From the NCBI GenBank assembly GCA_963693365.1, contig CAVNZM010000002.1:12208328-12272327 (forward strand): a stretch of 64,000 nt of DNA, in the 5' to 3' direction. Source of the DNA: Amoebidium appalachense. Lineage: Eukaryota; Protista; Ichthyosporea. Numbering within the stretch: the stretch's first letter is position 1; each line of letters opens with the position of its first letter. Shown here one piece after another: positions 51,473 through 64,000 of the stretch. The notes beneath the pieces were generated by a model. The model ran no database searches. It worked only from the letters and a program-made list of their open reading frames with translations, and was not told the origin of the DNA. The translations under genes were made by a program, and so were the position numbers.

Positions 51473-51887
51473 CCCCCCCCCCCCCCCCCCCCCCCCCCCG
51501 TGTGTCACAGAAATTGCAATGATCTGGCCATGAATCCAGTGGCACATGTGCTGCAAACCAACCCCCTTCCCCCCTCCACCCCCCCAGCACCACGCCTGGA
51601 ATTGATTCAGGGAATGTATCAATGTATACAGGGAATCAGAGGTGTGTCTCTGCATAACGGGTCTGTTATAATGTTGGCATCAGTGGCTTCACTCGTGAGG
51701 CAGGTCCCATATGATGTATTCAAGGACGGCGTTTGTAGAGAGGACGTCCCGCCTACACACAACTTAAACAACATGCAGAGCATGGCACGGTACAAGCGAC
51801 AATTCGTGCCGCACAGCCTCAGGTGCATGCACACACGCACCTAGTCATCAATAGATGATACGTTTCAGTGTCTTTTTTTTTTTTCCT

Positions 51888-51945
<58 letters not shown>

Positions 51946-52661
51946 TTGAATGGCCATTACTTTTGCGTTCCGGAAATTTAGCCCGGCGCCCCAGAGGTTA
52001 TCGATCACGGTAAACTGTTGAGCCCCTTTTTAAATTTTGATTTCTGAACTTTTGGCGAAATGATATAATATTTTATAATATGTAATTTGAATTATGATTT
52101 CTTGTAGAACCCACAGTTTGGTATGCAGGGAATCCCGTTTATCCGGACGTTTATCTCTTTTTACCTTCACACGTATTGTGTACGACGGTTCTCAAGTTGA
52201 TTGCTAACGGGCGTGGTGGGAGCCGCGGCGAGAAGTTAGCGTTCATGCGTACGAGAGAGTTTCGTGGGTGACGATTCTAAAATTGGAATTCGAAGGAATT
52301 CAAGGGGTGTGACATGTGTTAAAGGGCCCTTAAGTGTGTTCATGATATGACACGCGTACAGAGCACATGGGCCCAAATGATACATATGCAGTGTAATACA
52401 TAAGGGTCTTTAGCAGAAGAGAAGTGCACAAACTATGAGGCAAAGGGCCCTATGACATCGATGTCGACTCGGCTACATGCGATGCTTTTTCTCGCTGTGT
52501 TTTTACCCAGTTGTATTACGTCTCTCGGCGATTTATAAGTCCAAAAAAAACTATACCAGAGCCCAGGCATGCAAGCATCGCTCACACGTCCGCACAGGCC
52601 GTGTGTCGGGGCTTCCACTGGCAGTAGACATCAGAAGACTTCGAATTTCGTTGCGCGTCCG

Positions 52662-52701
<40 letters not shown>

Positions 52702-53011
52702 CACTTGCCAACACGTGGGAGGAAGTAAGCCTCGATTACTGTATGGCCCTTCACAATAGGGGAGTTCGAAAAGGGGTTTGACTCCTTGCGGCGCCGGCCT
52801 GACGCTTGCTGCTGATTTTGGCTGGTTAAAGTCACAAGTTGCACTGCCAGCACGGGAGTGAATCGTCAGAAGTTTTCCGAGCATGGACGTAATCGTACGA
52901 AGACACAAACATTTGGGGGCGTATTAGAGGGTTAAGTTTTACGGAAATTTGGTTTTTCTTCCTCCGCAACTGTAACAACAACGTAATAGCAGCAGCCGGC
53001 ATAAAGCGAAG

Positions 53012-61152
<8,141 letters not shown>

Positions 61153-63142
61153 GTGCCGAATTTTTCACCCTGTGACCCCCTTATCTCTACCCTTCATCCT
61201 TTGCTCCTTTACCCTGGGCCACGAAATCCCCCCCCTCCCCCCCCCCCCCCCTCCCCTCCCCCCCCCTCCCCCCCCCCCCCAAAAAAAGGAAACAAATCAC
61301 CTGCACACAATCACTGCCTCCCTTTCCCTCTTTCGCTCTTTCCCGGTCTCTCTCCCCCCTTCTCTTCTTCTCCCTCGGTTGATCTCTCTCTCTCTTTACC
61401 ACACCAGCACACAGCATCGCTCTCGATCTCTCTCTCTCTCTCGCCGTCCCTCTCACCCTCCCTCCCTGCCGCCCTCCTACCTCCCTCCCTCTCGCCCCCT
61501 CCCTCTCTCCCTCCCTCCCTCCCCCCTCCCTCTCTCCCTCCCTCCCCACCCTCTCCCTCCCTCCCTTCCCCCCTCCCTCCCCCCCCCCCCTCACTCTCTT
61601 CCTCCGCCCCCCCCCCCCCCCATCCCTCTCCCTTTCTCCCTCCCTCCCTCCCTCCCTCCCTCCCTCCCTCTCTCTCTCTATATATATATATCTATACTAG
61701 CCAATTCTTGGTCCTGCGTGCCCCCGCCAGGGGGCACGCCTTACGGGTCTGAAGCCTTTGGCACGCACACACACGCGCACTAACACCTGTAAACAGTGGC
61801 ATAACGCATGAACGTTTACATACACATCACACACTTAACCATAAAAGGTTAGTCTTCATGCAAGTACATAAGTGACACTGCAGCTGATTGTGAAGTCTTG
61901 CCCAAGCAGTAACCCATGCATGCATACTCGCCAAACGGCACAGGCCTAAAATTTTACAAATAGGCCTAGGCATGCCATGCCTGAGTCAGCCTGAGTCGCC
62001 ACGTAAATGTATACATCCACATGACACACGTACGCGCACCCGGCGCACGCAAGCGCGTAGGCTACTCAGCGTAGTACTCCGTGACGGTCCCACGTGCACG
62101 GACGCGCTCGGAGCTCCGCCGCTCAGGCACGAATAGCCGGGCAGGCGCTGATCATCATAGTCTGACGCCAGCAGCAGAGGATCTAGAGCTAGATCTCCTA
62201 TGCCAATCATTGAGAGATTTGCCAGAGAATCTTCACGAAACTTTGATCTTGTAGATCCGGTATACAGCCGCACACTGGCTGCTGACGCGGGCCGCAGTCA
62301 CAGTGAGTGCATGGGCTGCACGACGCGTGCGGCACGCACAGTCTCGAAGTGTGTCACTTACAGCTTTTGATAGGCACTTACCTTTGCGCATACCATGTTT
62401 CCGTGCCGTACATATAAGAAGTATTTGCTAGCGTGATATTCATGTTAACACAAAGATGAAATCACAAAATAGAAAGTATGTGTACACATGTGCATCATGT
62501 GCATGCCTGACTGATCATGCATGTGCCCATGATCCAATAGACTCTACGCACATCGTGTGCGCCGTGCGGGGTAGGGGAACGCACATCATGTGGGCCGTGG
62601 ACGTCATGTCCCGTGTACTTATGACACATCGTATACATACATGTTGTGCCCACGTACGTAAGGTGCCCATTATGTACGTGAATATGTACGTGAAACTGGC
62701 CCATTTTCTCATTCAAGAGGCTGTGGAGCTCGTCTCTTGAACACTCATGACAAAAGCCTCACGTTCGTTAGATCTTACGTGAATTCGAACCTGACAGTGA
62801 TATTCAAGAAAATTGTGGAGCCTTGTGTTCCGTTTTACACGATTCGGAACCTGAAAAGGCTTTGGGATACAGGACATGCCTTGAAATATTGTGAGAGTTT
62901 CGGAGGTTTCCCACGTGCTGCTCAGGATCTGACTGGTGCCGCTGCTTGGCGTATGCTCTCTATAGAATCTGTACTGAATATATAAATATATCATATCTCT
63001 CCCTCTCTCGCTCTCTCTGTCTCTCTCTGTCTCTCTCTTCCTCTCTCCCTCTCTCTCCCTCTCTTTCTCTCTGTCTCTCTCCCCCCCTCCCCCCCCCCCC
63101 CCCTCCTCCCCCCCCCCTCTCACTCTCTCTTTTACCCCCCCC

Positions 63143-63225
<83 letters not shown>

Positions 63226-63339
63226 CTTCCATCGCTCCCTCTCTCTCACCCGTCACCCCTTTCCTTCCCTTTCTTTCCCCTCTCTCACTCCATATTCTCT
63301 TTCTCCTCTCTCGATCTCTCTTTCCCTCTCTCTCTCTCG

Positions 63340-63422
<83 letters not shown>

Positions 63423-63476
63423 TCTCTCCCTTTTCCTGCCTTTCTCACGCCCTCTCCCTCTTTCTCCCCCTCCAAG

Positions 63477-63509
<33 letters not shown>

Positions 63510-64000
63510 TTCTGTTCAAGTGTCTTCTGCCTGCACGCTTAAATTGCTTGATTTTGGATTTCACACTTTTGTGACGTTTTGTTGTTGCTCTTTGTTGTCT
63601 CCTCGATATTTCAAACCCTCCAACGCATACATCATCCCCCCTCCCCCCCCCCCCCCCCTCCTCTCTCTTCTTTCCGCCCTCCCTCTCCCTCCCCCCCCCC
63701 CCCCCCTCCCTTCCCTCAACCTCTCCCCCTCCCCTATATTCCCCTCCTCCTTCCTTCTCCTCTCTTCTCTCCCCCCACCTCCCCCCCTTCATCATTTACC
63801 CCCCTCCTTTTTTCTTTGTAGTGTGTGCGCTGGGGGAAGAGGAGGGGAGGGGAGGAGGGGCGGTCTAATTTGAAGATCTTCATTGGGTTGCATGCCTAAG
63901 GATCGAAGGTAGACATGCCTCACTGAATGGCCAACCTTCAGGCACTTCCTGCATTCACCTAGATATAGTTGACGTAACAGACCGTCGTTTTCTTTCCACC

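Overview
Eukaryotic genomic DNA, very rich in microsatellites ((CA)n, (GA)n, (CCCT)n) and poly-C/poly-G/poly-A runs; these account for most ORFs in the supplied track. A unicellular non-animal eukaryote is my inference from the gene content; I cannot name the taxon. Spliced genes reconstructed by hand from GT-AG junctions: a 20-exon NSF/Sec18 AAA+ ATPase (minus, 22256-37888), a PP2C-fold protein with degenerate catalytic motifs (minus, ~13330-17550), and two tandem BT1/FBT folate-biopterin transporter paralogs (plus, 40979-50530 complete; 53012 to at least 61152, last exons not seen). The most unusual locus is 1.7-10.7 kb. It holds two intronless, signal-peptide-bearing copies of a bacterial-type broad-spectrum amino-acid racemase (Bsr) N-terminal barrel in divergent inverted orientation, both lacking the C-terminal domain. 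Between them lies a non-LTR reverse transcriptase enclosed by 12-bp terminal inverted repeats, and two copies of a foldback MITE bracket the whole block. Many introns end in (CA)n-CAG instead of a polypyrimidine tract, at the same introns in both BT1 paralogs.
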